The notes beneath the pieces are model-generated. The model saw only the letters and a program-made list of their open reading frames with translations, was not told where the DNA came from and ran no database searches. DNA of 64,000 bases from Paraspadella gotoi (lineage: Eukaryota; Animalia; Chaetognatha), in NCBI GenBank assembly GCA_051294375.1, contig CM119265.1, positions 24,797,605 through 24,861,604 of the forward strand. The letters are read 5' to 3'. The translations under genes and the position numbers were made by a program. Within the stretch, counting starts at the first letter, position 1; each line of letters opens with the position of its first letter. This document shows positions 49,401 through 63,068 of this stretch, in pieces.

Positions 49401-52400
49401 ATTGGAGAAGCAAAAAGGCGAAGCGCAAAAGAGGCTCGACGATTTGGACAGCCAAGTAAGTTCTCTCCTTTTTTCTGTTACTCGTTAGTCGAGTTTTTTA
49501 ATGATTGAAATATCGATGATCATTTTAAATTCTGTTCACAGATTGAACAGGTAAGGTATTGTGAGTAGTGCTATATGTCCCACGTCATAATTTGTCAAAT
49601 TTCACGTCACTGTTGCCCACCAGATTTTAAGGTAGACGGCCTCGAGTTCAAGCAGCTGCAGGGGAGAGGTCGCACAGATGCCGCTTTTATAGGCCGTGCA
49701 CTCTGTACACCTTACGTGCGCATTATTAATACGCACCAACTGTTGCACCCACCTCACTTTTTCCTTTTTCTTTTCTAGATTAGCCGACTCTCGAGCGAGC
49801 TCCATGAGACGATCCAGCGGGTGGAGCAGGAGCAGCAGCGGCGGAGCGAAGAGGATCAACTCAACGCGAGTCGAGTCGAGCTCCACCATCTCCGCGAAGA
49901 AGAGAAGCGTCTCGAGGTGCGCCTGGCCACTTGGAAGGTCCGGATGCAGTCCATCGCCGAGGAGGAGTCCAAAATCTTTGCCGAAACGGACACCCTGAAG
50001 GAAGTGCAGGTGCCCGGCGAGGAAAGATTTGAAATATAGTCCAAGTCCTTTCACTGAAATCTGTTTTCCCTAGGAGTCCCTGATGTCGAAGAACCAAGAG
50101 CTTTCACACTCGGTTATTCACCTCACGAACATCGTCGAGGGGGAGGTCAGTCTCCCCGATCGACTCCCGGATCCCGTGAGGGTCTCCCCCCTCGACCGGT
50201 CCAAGCTTTCTAGTCATATTGTGAACGCGAGTCTCTTCGATGGTATTTCGTCGGTTAGTCATTGGACCAAACGGTTCTTTATGATTAATTTTGCCTTGCA
50301 TATTAACTATTATATAGATCCTAACAATTATAATTATAATTATTTTATGTCGTCAGTTTCAGTCTTCCATATCAAAATCGACTGCGCCGGATCCATTTGA
50401 TGTATCCAGCGTTGATCCTTTCAAAGAAGATCCTTTTGGATCATTCGGCCAGGTCCCAGGTGAGATTTTGACGTAGAACGCTTATTTGATTTTTTTATTT
50501 GTTCGACTGATTGATTGATTGGTTTATTTTACTAGAAACTGCTGATCCTTTCAAAGACGACGCCGACCCTTTCGTCTCTGGATCCGGAGATACCAGCGCG
50601 AAAACTCAGCGGGCGGCATTAGGTTGATCTTTTTTGCTCCTTTGATCAAGAATTCAAGATGGATTTTTTACGAGTGAGAATTATTTTAATTAAAATATTT
50701 ATCAACTCAGGTTCCTTTAGTGATTTCGATCCTTTTTCGTCTTTGGGGGGTAAAACAGACGATCCTTTTTCATCAAGCTGTAAGTTATACCTACAGAACA
50801 AAAATTCAAACTTGGGCCTTCGTAATTAAATTTGAATTGACAAAATCTTCATCGTTCAGCGTCTGTTCCCGACCTCCCTCCGAAATTGAGCAAAGCCGTT
50901 CCTCCGCGTCCGTTGGCACCGCCGGCACGCCCTGCCACGGGGCCTTCCCCGAGGCCGTCGCCCGTGCCGCCCGCTCTGACCGCCGCCGTAAACTCCGGAT
51001 CTTCTCCCGGTAGTTAAGCTTTATCGGAGATATTTACTTATGTACGTATTGGGATATTTTCTGAAATAATACGATCCCACTGCCACGGTCTTTTTCAGTT
51101 CCGAAGCGGGACTCCCTGAATCCTTCTCCACTTCCCAAACTGAACCCCGTGCGCCCGGCGCCGTCTCGTCCGTCGAAACCCCCGACGTCCGGTTCCGCCC
51201 TGGAGGCGAACTCTCTCTTCCCCGACTCTTCCGCCGATCCCTTCGCCGCGACAGATCTGTCGGCGGAGTTTTCTAGTCGGGTAAGGATGTTACGAATGTA
51301 AAAAAGAGTTCATAATATTTTGAATATTGATTGATTTATTTATTTATTTATTTGAGTCATTGACCGCCTACATTCTCTTCAACGCAAGGTTGACGGGTCG
51401 AGCAGTCAAGATCCATTCTCGTGTCTACACATGCCGCCTCCCAAGAGCGAATCCGGCGGATCCCTCTCGGGGACTGCGCACGGAACGGGCGCCAACACAC
51501 CGGCGTCTTTCATCGATGACGCCTTTGGAACTTCAGGTGAGGGTCACCCGACCGGGTTTGTGTTATTTATTTCAATTCCTTTGTTTATTCTCAAGTTAAC
51601 TTTTTGTTACTTTACGAAGATCCTTTTGGCGAACCGCCGGACGCCGCACCTTCATCGAACCCGGCGTCAGATGCTTTCGATCCCTTTGGCATCGGCAAAG
51701 ACAACTCCGCGTCAAAAGGTGCGCCGTTTTATTTGTTACGGATTTAAATTACGAGGCGTCGATTTTATAATTATATTATATACATACATAGTATAGTATA
51801 GTACATATATGTAAATGTTTTCGAGATTAATTTTTTTTTCTCCCGTCGCCAGACGTTCCGGTGACGAACGGAACGAACAACGTGAACAACGACTTGTTTT
51901 CGAGTCTGGACGCCTTCTCCGCTCAGAGCGAACCCATCAAGGTGAGAGGTCGGGGAATAAATTCGGAGAGCATTGGGTCTGGGGGGATGGGATTAGAAAA
52001 TGTTGTTTTAGAAAATGACTATGACGCTCATTTTTAACGCGTTGCGAACGCAGCGCACGCGGCAGCAAGGTTGGGTGGATTTCTCCTCGCCGGACTCAAG
52101 GGCGGTGAGCCGAAATCCCAAGAAGTTTGTAAGTTTTCGGGAAAATCGGAAACGCATCTCTCGATCTTTGTTTTATTTTCTTTTCGCTAATTACTTCGAA
52201 ATTGGTTCGTTTCAATATTTTGCGCGTTGGTTTATTTTTTTTTTTTTTAGGCTTAAAAAAATTTTTCTTTTAATTTCAATTACTATATATATATTTTTTT
52301 CCTAATTAAATACCTGCCATGCCTTGGCCTAAGACTGAAATTTCGCCGACGAATCCTTCATTATTTTCAACAGTTTTCTTGACATGGCTATCCTCTAGTT

Positions 52401-53485
52401 TCCAATTAATGTTTCCATTTAAATTACTTTATATAATTAAATTGAGTCACGTGATGCGATTAATGGATTTCGTTTCAGCCGCCACCGACCGCGTTCGACG
52501 ACGACCCTTTCGCGGCGAAGGGAACCTCCAACGGATTCGGCGACGCCTTCGACGCCAAGTTTGAGGCCAAATTCGAGGAGAAAAGGTGAGGACGTTGACT
52601 TTAGCTTTAGTGAAACTGAAACAATTAATTTTGATATGAATGTTAAGTAATTTTTCTTTTCTTTTCCAGTGGAAAAACGACGCCGTTCGACGCCTTTGAT
52701 TCGGTCGACGCCGCTTTCGGTTCTCGAAACGCCGACTATTCCGGCGGCGCCCCCACGGAAGACAAATCCGATTATCCAGCTTTCGACGCTTTCGACTTCG
52801 CCGACGCCGCAAAGGCCGCCGACTCTAAGCCGGCGTCGACTATGAGCAACGGCGGCGCCACCGTCACCTCTACCAACGCCTCCAACACCTCCACCTCCTC
52901 CTCCTTCTTGGGTCTACTCCATAAGCCCTTGTCAAAATCCACCAAAGGCGAGTTTGAAGATTTTTTCGAGACCCGGTTACGCAGAGGGTGACGTCTTTGT
53001 TCCGGGTGTCCCACCTGGTCGAGGCTCTGTAGTATATTTCGTGTTTTAGGAATGTCTGGGGTAGTAAGGTTTTTTGAGTTTTTTTATCTCTTGCGATCCT
53101 CAGATTCTTCGCACTCTCGAGAACGAAAGAAGGCGGACGGGCCTTCCAAATCGAAAAACGGAACTGGCGGTAAAAAGTCGGACAGGTTGAAAGGTCAGTC
53201 AAATGAATCGGTTCCAACATCAGCGAAGTGTTATGACGGGAGAGTCACTATTCTTTCTCTCTCCCCTCTCTACAGCCTTCTCCGGGAGCGGTGCGGCGAC
53301 CGGAAGCGAAGGCGGAGGAATGGAAGACGCTCAGCTGGAGTGGGCGCGGCGGGAGAGCATGAGGGCGGAGGACGAGAGGCGGCGCGAAGATGGCGGAGCA
53401 GGAGGCGGCGGATTTGGAGTTCGCCCTTGCTCTTTCGAGGCGGAGGCGCAAGCGGGAAAGCCTGAGCAAGAAAACACTCGCGACG

Positions 53486-53542
<57 letters not shown>

Positions 53543-53584
53543 ATCCAAACTTACATACTCATATGTAGTGAAGGATTCGATTGA
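46412..53584 (+). CDS. EPS15: EPS15/EPS15L1 endocytic adaptor (3 EH domains, coiled coil, DPF repeats, 2 UIMs); spans N gap 47733-48366 and has indels; C-terminus uncertain
   Basis: KSGLPQNVLHHIWTLSD..GFFVALKL, KLPVDVLGKIWE..SDIDKDGALDAEEFA, LQSGLPQNVLAHIWSLAD..QEQFAVAMW, many DPF motifs, EDAQLEWARRES and EQEAADLEFALALS. Confidence 0.92.
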
Positions 53585-54414
53585 AAACTCCCCCTCTCCC
53601 CTTCTCCTCTCTCGCCCCGCCCCCTTTCCCCCCCCCCCACACTTCCCTTCTTCCAGTGCGTGATGAAAACATTTAACTCTTTAATACTTGTGTAAAAATG
53701 TCAATCGTCAATTTGTATTTTGTATATTTTTTGGGTTTTTTTTTCTCAGCTTAATCACGTTTCAACGATACACTATTTTTTTTTTTTTTTTTAATTTTTT
53801 AAAACGACTAATGCTGTTTGTAATTTTTTCCTTATTGAGATTTAATAATTTTTTTTTAAATATCAGTGCATAAGTCGGTGGAAGTCTCTTGCTTGTCTTT
53901 CTTTTTTTTCTGGTATTTGACTGATGCCGCGGCGAAATATTTCTCTGATGCTGAGCATATCTCTCGCTTTTTTTTCGATTCCCTGCTCTTTTGCCCCCCC
54001 CCCATTTCCGTTTCCTCATCGCGGTCAAATTATAGCAATTTACGAAAATAAGCATTTAGAAATTTAGAGCGTAACATTATCTCAGAACAAAAAGGATAGC
54101 TATGCATAGGAAACGGTAGATTTCGTCTCATGGTGATAGTACTAATAATGTAGCTATTTATCCCATAGCTCTCTCCCCTTATTAAAATTAAACCGCGAAA
54201 AAGGTTAGGCATCGTGGCTTCGAATATAAAAAAAAGTCGTCTTCTTAAATTCTAACTTTGTTGTCTCTTTATTGCAGAATTTGTGATGATAAAACTCATG
54301 GGGTTCTCTATGAATTCAAGACTCGTTGTCGCGGGTGGATTCTTTTCGATGCGACGATATTTGCGTGACTTTTGAGTGCTTGTCTCTGTCTCTGTCTCGC
54401 TCTACTCGGCGGCC

Positions 54415-57400
54415 ATGGACGTGAAGCACATGTTCGTGCTCGAGGAACTGAATCGATTGAGATCCGAAGGTCATTAAAGTTACTCAGTCGAAACCAGTTT
54501 CAAGATTTATGGCGAAAAATATTTCTCCCGCTAATCGCCCCCACTGTATTTTAGATATCCTTACGGACGTTTACATCGTCTCCGGTCCTGTGAACAAGTG
54601 CGCAGATGTGGATTTCGAAAAGTAGGCAAAATGATTTTTTTTTTTAAAGTCGTGTTCTTAATGGTCAGCTGGTCACTGTGGTCATCATTGTAATCCTGTC
54701 ATGACCCTGACAAAGAACCCTTTCTTTTAGGGGAAGCCACTTGGCGGCGGTGCACAAGAACGGCGCCATTTACAAGACGGAACGGGATGGCAACTACAGT
54801 CTCTCTCCAGCCCACAAATGCGTCCTCGCAGCGGCCATCCCATGGTTCTGCGAAAAACTTACTAACGGCTCCGTCGAGGTGAAGGGCGGATATCGATAGA
54901 ATGGCACTTCTGATTTTAACTTTTTTCTGTTTTTTCCATTTTACTTTTAACTTTTTATTTTCTCTTCCTTTCAACTTCCTACTCTTCAGGTCACCGGCAA
55001 CGTCCAATTCATCTGGGTTCCCGTCTCCTTCGACACGCTGCAAATCGTCCTCGACTTCACCTACGGCGTCGGATTCCATCACCCGGCGTCGTCGTCGTCG
55101 TCCTCCTCGTCGGCCTCTTCCTCTTCCGCCCCCGTTTCGCCGGAAACCATTCACGAACTCATCAACGGATCCCGGTTTTTCAAGTGAGCGTCGATAGGTT
55201 CAAGTCTTTCATTCGGATCTTCGAATATGCATGTACCGGTTCCACCCCCTCCCTTTTTTTTTTCCATCGCCTCACTCTAGATTTCGCCAACTGACGGAAG
55301 CCTGCGAAAAGTTTCTCGAGGTCGACGCCCAAGTCAGGAAAGGGGAAGAGCAAGGACAAAGAGACTCGGCCGTGCAGGCATGGACTTTTATAAACTGATG
55401 AGATTTTAATGAAAGAACGTTTGAGTTCCTCACCTCTCTCTCTCTCTCTCTCTCAAACACAGGTTCCAGTCATCTCAAGCGGTGAACCCGAGACAGAAAC
55501 GGCGACGAAGGATGATAGCGAAGCTGCCGAATTGGTCACGGCCGTGGAGCCGGTAAGAAAGTTGGTCTTTCTTGGGAAGCGTCACCAGGCAACGCCGTTT
55601 ATGTTTGTTTCTTTATTTTAAAACAGGTGAGCATATGCGATCCCGTTTGTTTCGAGGAAGAAGACGATATGGAGAGAATTGACGCAGAGGATCAGGAATC
55701 CTCGTTGGTTTTAGTCGGCGAACCAGGTTTGCCGATGGCACCATTTAAAAGTTTACAGATCTTGATTCATTCCATTGATCCATCGATGCCACTCAGTGAC
55801 TCTGTCCCAAACCCGAGACTTGACCTCCGAGTTGGCCAACGACTTCAGCATGGACGACATTGATCTCGAGAGCGTCGGCGCCATGGACGACTCCTTCGCC
55901 ATTCGACCTGAGATCGAATCCGAAAAGCTCATAGAAGTATGATTACCTTTATAATAAATGATATTATTTATGATAGTTTATGATAATTTCTCTCATTCTA
56001 GGATTCCCAAGAGGGGGAAATTATCACTCGCCCCGGCAGCGTCTCCGAGCTCAACTCTTCTTCCAAAGACAACGAGCCGAACGTGGACGACGTCCTCGCC
56101 TTCTTTGAAGACACCAAAGAGATCGAAGAAGTTTCTCGAACCGTCGTCGTGAAAAAGTTGGCGTCGAAACGGGCCAAGAATACGGTCAGGCATCAGGTGA
56201 GAATTAGGGTCGGGTATGAAGTGAGTTAAGAATAGGGTTTGGATAAGTCAAGTCTTCTTCTTTTGAGTCTTTTATCTTTTTTACGTTCTCAGTCTCTCAC
56301 GCCTTCCGCCGAAGATCAGAAAAATTTCGAGGTTGGCACAGATTCGCTTAGCAGGTGAAACGCGAGCATGAGACTTCGTTCGCGAGCAACTTGAGTCTTA
56401 ACTTATCTCACCTTTTCGTTTCCAGGGTAACCTACAAGTGTAACCATTGCAGCTACGAATGTCCAAAGGCGAGGGCGTCTTTGGTCACCCACATCTATCG
56501 CCATCACGGCATCAAAATGACATCCCTATTTTACAAGTGTCTCCTATGCGCCGAGGTTGATTCGAGAGATAGATTTATTATCTAGATCTTTGCGCCATTT
56601 TGAATTTCCTCTTCTTCTATCGCTCCAGGTTTATTATCCAGTGCTTCGTAGCCTCTGGGAACACATGCGAACGAATCATCGGGCGGTTTGGAGGTGAAAG
56701 ATGACTTATAAACGGTTTGATTCGACCGCACCCTCGACAACACGTTTCCCCACATTGCCAGGTACATCGATGGAACCAAGACTCTACTTCTCCATTCCTC
56801 CACATCGTCGCTCTCCTCCATCGGCTGCGTCTTTTGCTCCGAAACGAATCCCAAGTTTGCAGTCATGAGCCGACATCACGAAGATGCCCACGGATTCGCC
56901 GTCGCCGACCTCGATGCCGACGCTGGCGACGGAGATGAAGCCGGTGCTGCGGACGTGGACCCGGCCGCCGATATCGACGCGGAAGTCGTTGCCGTCTCCG
57001 ACGTCGAAGCGAAAGAAAAGTCGAAGAGCGATCCCAAAGTTTTGCTCGAAAGGTTCGAGCTGAGATGAGGGGAATTGAGACGAGTTTGATGTTGTGTTTG
57101 TCGGGTTACAACTTGTCTGATTATTTATGACGTTGTTCTTGGTTAATTTCGTGTGGCTCGTTTTTGTTTTGGTTTGTTTGTTTGTTTGTTTTTTTTTTTC
57201 AAAGTAAATTTAGTTTTACTCGGCCTTTCTTTCAGACTTGACGTTTTGCCCGATCAATGCCCGCTGCCCATTGACCAGTTGGCAAACGTTTGCGATCCGA
57301 AGACCTGCACTCGTTTCTCGGCCAAAACGCTTAACTCGTCTGTGGAGGATCGTCCTTCCGTAAGTGCAATATTTCTAAACTTAATATATCAAAAGTTATT

Positions 57401-60400
57401 TCATTATTTCTTAATTTAAAACGTCAATTTATATCAATTTTACATACTATTTTGTTTCATTTACACTTCGTTCTCAGTCGAGCGTCTACTCGGAGCCTTT
57501 CGTAATTCTGAACGACGACGACAACGAAGACGACGCCGGCGTCGTCGCGGACGCACCCGACGAGGCCGACAGCAGCTCCCCCAGTCATAAAACCGTCTCT
57601 CTCTCGTCCGACACCGTCACCTATTTACAACGATGGCTCTTCTTTAATCAGAAGGTGTGGGGACCGAAGAATATACTTTGTTTATCATCGATTTAATTCT
57701 CCCATTTTCCCTCTTTCCCTCAGGATGCGATGCCCGATTTGGAGACGAAGAGAAGCATGAGCGTGTACACCGGTTTGACGAAACAACAGGTTCACTCTTG
57801 GTGAGTTGTCGCGTCAATGGTGTGAAATCATGTGAACAATGTTTTTATTCCTCTCTTCCTCGTCTCATTTTTTTAAAAAAGGTTTATCAAAGCGCGACGC
57901 CACGAGCTTCCTTCGATGCGGCGCCACCACTCGGCGTGGATGAAGAAGCTCTTCAAGGAAGACGGCGTCGACGACGAAATAGGCGCCGGCGTCAACTTCG
58001 ACGAAGACGACGCGCACCTCGACGACGAATCGTCGTCAGCGAAAGCGAGGAACGTCCCTTCCAAGGAACCTGGGTAAATTTATTCTGGACTTGTCTGTTG
58101 TTTTTTCCTTTCCATTATTCCAAATATATATTTTTTTTAGGCGGGTGTTTTTCCCTCGCCACGTTCGTTTGACGCTACTCAAGTGGTTGCAGAGAAACCG
58201 GAGCCATCAGTACGTCACTGCCGAAGGAGTCAGGGAACTTCAGTTTTCCACCGGGCTTACTCCTGATCAAATTAGGGTAGGCCTTTAATTTAATTTTTTT
58301 TTAAATTCTGCTCCAACGTTTTTATTTTTAGCAATTAAGTTTTTGACCGAAACAAATATTTTATAGATTTGGATCCGCGCCGCCCGAAAGCGAAACTACC
58401 TGAAGCGGTTCGAAACTTCCGGCGACTACGTCCTTTGGCGGGATCGCGCCAAGTCTGCCTCCAACCGCTTCGTGCCACGCCCTCCCTCGAGGTTCCCCGC
58501 TCGACCCCCGTCGCGCTTACCCACTCGGTCCCTCAACCCCCCAGCGGGAAGACCCTTCGCCCCTCCGGGAGGAGGAGGAGGCGGCCTCTCCGGCTCGCAG
58601 ATCATCGTCAAGCGACCGTATCACCCGGCGGCGCGGCAGAGGAGGATCGAGACCGAGGTCCCCAACGTCCACACGGCCCTTTACACCGGGGACATCAGGA
58701 CCGTTTTGGTCCAATGGTTGATGGAACACAAGGATCATCCTTACGCCACGGAAGGTGAGATTTGTTTGCCGACGCGACGTGGATGAGATCTAGTCACGTG
58801 ATTTTCCCTTTGTTTCCAGCCGAAGTGGAGGAGATCAAGAGAAAGACTGGGTTGTCTCGAGTGCAGATTCGACGATGGATGCATTCGGCTCGGAACCGCA
58901 ACTACATCAAGCGCATCGAGGAAACGGGTGAAACTTTTGACCGCTTTTCCATTCGGCCCCGATCGATGAATAATAAATAAATGAGCAAACGCTTATTGAA
59001 ATGCTTTATTTGTAAACAAATTATTATTTAAAGTGAATAAATATTCCAGGGGACTACACTCGTCGCTCCAATTCACACACGACGCGTTTCGGCGTAGTGC
59101 GCGCTTCGAAATGAAGATCCAAGATCCTGAAGTCGACGGAGCCGTCGACGCCGCCCCCTCATCCCCCTCCACCCCGGTCGTCTCCGCCACGGCCTCTCTC
59201 GTTAAATTCGCTTCGCAGGAATCGAAGCAGAAGCGACTCGCCGATTGGATCGCGAGAAACCGGGGAAAACTGCGGACGCTCAACGATTTGTATCAGGTGG
59301 GGTTTGTTGATGATTTGGAATGGTTTACTCCTCTACTTCTGGATTGTTTCACTCGAACAGTGGCGCTCTCTCTCTCTCTCTCTTCCTCCCTTTCTCTTCC
59401 TCCCTCTCTCTTCCTCCCTCTCTTTCTCCCCTAGTGCTCGCGCATCCACGGGTGCACCATCAAAGAAGTTCGCTTAGCATTGGAGAAATCTCGAAAAAAA
59501 GCGGCTCTGGCGGCGTCTGCAGCGTCGGCGGCGGCGGCGGAATCGGAATTCCCCGCTCTCGCCCTCGACGCCCTCCCCGCGCGGGCGGAGATCATGGTGT
59601 CGTCGAATCGGTCGTCAGAGGGGCGACGTCGCGGCGAAGATTCCCTCGAGGATTCGACGGCGAAATCGGCGATGGCGGAATCCCTGGATCTTCATTCGCC
59701 GCTGTCGAGGCGGCAGATCTTGACGCTGCCCGACGGCGAAGAAATCGTCATTCCGCAAAAATACTGGGGCGGCAGCAATCAGTTCGGGATCGACGTTCTC
59801 CGCGTTCTCTACACGTGGCTCTATCACCATCAGCACCATCCATATCCGACGCAGGACGAAATGGTGTCCATGACGCGTGAGACGGGTCTCTCCTACAACC
59901 AAGTCAAGAATTGGTTCCAAACGGCGCGACAACGGAAACTCCACGAGAAGATTCTTCCCATCAACGGTCGACGCGTCAGGATTCCCAATCCGATGATTTC
60001 GCGCCGCGTCGAGGGATCAGCGGAAGACGCCTCGCCGCAGCCAAAGTCGTCGGCCGCGGCGACACCGTCGGCAGCGACCGATCATGCGCCGGATCAACAG
60101 CCGGATCCTCCTCCTCCCACTCAGCAGCCTCCGCCTCCTCCTAGTCTAACTTCCCCGCCGCGACAACTATCGGATCCGCAGCCGTCACTGGATTCTTCTT
60201 TCCTACCTCCGGCGCTTCCGACATCTTTGCAGACCTCCTTGTCGACATCTTTGCAGACCTCCTTGCCGACCTCCTTGCAAACTTCCTTGCCGACCTCCTT
60301 CCACGATCACCGTCTTCCATCCATGACTCTGCCTGCGACCGATCACCATCTCCCAACGGCGCCGCCTCCGCCACCGAGAGTCGTCGGGTCTTCCCTGCTT

Positions 60401-61378
60401 CGCGGCGCCTTCGCTGGACTCGGTCCCGCCGGCGTCGCCCACCCCGGCGTCGTCGACGAACCCATCGGCGCCATCCATCATCTTCCCGAATTCAACGACT
60501 CTTTCCGCCAGCCGCTCTTCTCGCCGCGCGATTCCTTCCACCGTCCCTTCCAACCGGCCGTCGACTACGGCGGCGCCAATCTGCCCCTCATGTCGAGCTT
60601 GGATCATCACAATCACCACCACTACGACGCCGCCACCGGATTGTCTTTCCCTCGTCTGACGCCGGGGTGAGATTTGTGATGGAAGAAAAAGAAAAAGAAT
60701 GAAAGAGAACAAGAACAAAGAAAGAAAGAGTTGTAACATAGTTTACAGGAGAAAGGGTGTGATTGGGAGAAAGACTATTTAAAAAATATCGGGGGAAAAA
60801 GACAAGCAATTAACGAAATAGTTGATGGGACAAAGACAAACAAGTAACTGGTTAATGGGAAAAAAAAGAAAACGGAATCAAATAAAAAAAATATATTTTT
60901 AAACTCATTTCGCTTCAGGCGAACCGACTTCCCATCGCCATCGCGACATTTCGGCTTCAACGCCGCCTCGGCGCCTCCAGTCCCCGACAATCCCTTCGAC
61001 GTGGATCCCCGCGGCGTTCCCCGTAACAATTTAAGCGCGTTCAATCTCCCTTTCGCCGGCGCCGCTTGTCCCCCCGGCGCCGGATTGTTGAGCGGCTCGG
61101 CCAACGCCGGCGCTGGAGTTGTCGATATGCTGCAGATCGAGAGCGTCGTGAGCCGGCAGACCGGAGCTTCTTTTCATGACCAGTCGAGACTAGACTTTTC
61201 TCATTCCCGCGAAGCCGAACAACAACTGCAACAACAACAACATCAATTCGGATTTGATCATCAGCCCGCAACCGAGCATCAACATCATCATCATCATCGA
61301 AGGGATTCGGTCATTCAAAAGACGGAGCACACGCTACAACCCAACGAGGAATTGGGTTTTAACTTTGGCGATTTTTAG
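54415..61378 (+). CDS. BTB/POZ + 3 C2H2 zinc fingers + four TALE-type homeodomains (plus one degenerate)
   Basis: BTB (LNRLRSEDILTDVYIV..AHKCVLAAAIPWF..LQIVLDFTYG..LTEACEKFL); ZFs CNHC..HIYRHH, CLLC..HMRTNH, CVFC..HHEDAH; HDs such as LYTWLYHHQHHPYPTQDEMVSMTRETGLSYNQVKNWFQTARQR. Phases stay continuous to ~59070, where one indel is needed. Confidence 0.82.
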
Positions 61379-61718
61379 CTAGATTCTCCCCCGCCCCCTC
61401 CGCCGCCTCCATTCCCCTCCGTTCCACCGCTTTCCACGCCCATTTTTTTTCCCGTCAAATGTTTTGTTTGTTTGAAATGACGTTTAGTCTCATTGATGAT
61501 TTACTTATAGCTATTTATGTATTAATTAGTGATAGCGTACGTTATCTAATTAGCTGTACCGACCTGCAACTCTCTCTCTCTCTACCCTTCAACTTTTTCC
61601 ATCGATTTTATTTACATCGAAATCGAAATTATTAAAAAGTGCAATAGATATTCTTTTTTTTTCTCTAGTTTTCAAGCTTTTTTTTCTGTATCGTTTACTT
61701 CAGGCACCTGATTATAAA

Positions 61719-62820
61719 ATGGAAGGCGCGGAGAGGCCCGCGTCGCGAGACCGTCCTCTCGTCGATGAAGCGAAAAGGGGTGAGGAAAACTCTAGGGGAG
61801 ATCGAGGGGAATCCAAGGACCAGAATTTCCTCCACGACGACGACGACGATCCTCTCCGGAAAACTTGCTACAAATGCGGAGATGGACGACACTTTGCTCG
61901 CGACTGTCGCAAAACTTTGGACACTTGCTTCAAATGCGGCGAAAAGGGGCACATCTGTCGAAATCTTGGGAGTTATTTTTTATGCTTAAAAAGTTTTATA
62001 AATATATAACATGCATAAGAGTAATAAATATTTAAATCGTTATTTGATAACTTTGTTATGGACCCTTCCAAGATTTCTGTGTCCCTTGCCAAGCGAAATT
62101 TTGCGTGAAAGACTTCAGCTTCGGTAGCTGCTACACGTGCGGCGACGAATCTCACCGACAAAAGGATTGTCCTCAGCCGAAGAGGCTCTTTTGCCAAAGG
62201 TGTCGCAAGTTCGATCACTCGGACAAGGATTGTCCTTCGCCCAAACTCGGAAGGCTAAAGGCAGTTTTGACATTATCAAGATAAATATTATAAATATTAT
62301 AAACGGATATACTATAGATACAAGCACATGCGTTTCAGACGTTCAGATAATATGAAGTGAGTTAAGAATAGGATTTGGATAAGTCAAGTCTTCTTCTTTT
62401 GAGTCTTTTATCTTTTTTACGTTCTCAGTCTCTCACGCCTTCCGCCGAAGATCAGAAAAATTTCGAGGTTGGCACAGATTCGCTTAGCAGGTGAAACGCG
62501 AGCATGAGACTTCGTTCGCGAGCAACTTGAGTCTTAATGTCTCAACTGCAAAAAGCCGAGAGTGAGAAAGAATTTGCCCGGATCTCTCTCGAGTGGTTCT
62601 GACGGTTTCGTGTTGCGCGAATTGCAAGTGTCCGAACCTAATCGCTACCTAGGGAAGTTGAAACGGCCGTTGCTTTGCTACAGGTTATTACAAGTTATTT
62701 CTTTGAAGTTTTTTGTTTTTTGCAATTAGTATTTGCGTTTTTGTAAAACCGTCTTCGTTGATTCAATTCAGATGTCAAAACTATGGCCACGAAGTGCGCG
62801 ATTGTCCTTTCAAGTCTTGA
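61719..62820 (+). pseudogene. CNBP-like CCHC zinc-knuckle gene, probably disrupted
   Basis: Knuckles CYKCGDGRHFARDC, CFKCGEKGHICR, CYTCGDESHRQKDC, CQRCRKFDHSDKDC, CYRCQNYGHEVRDC. No clean donor after exon 1, and a foreign 187-bp insert at 62351-62537. Confidence 0.7.
62351..62537 (+). repeat. 187-bp near-identical copy of 56215-56401 (intron-exon-intron piece of the BTB-homeobox gene)
   Basis: Identical by eye except ATAGGGTTTGG vs ATAGGATTTGG. Confidence 0.93.
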
Positions 62821-63068
62821 AGAATTTGTATCGTTTCTCTAAGTGATTTTAGAATTATAAAATTCCCTTTTAAAAGTATTATTGATTTTCATCTTCCAGA
62901 AACAACGAATTTGGAACATGAGTTGAAAAACCTGTTCTCTCCCCGTAAAAAAAAACTGAAGGGGAAGAAAAATTGTTTTTTATTGTAAAAGGTTTATTTC
63001 GAAAGTCGTTTCACGGAGGAGTAATTATCCGGTAGTAATATCTCAGCGTACTTGCAATCTCAACCACG

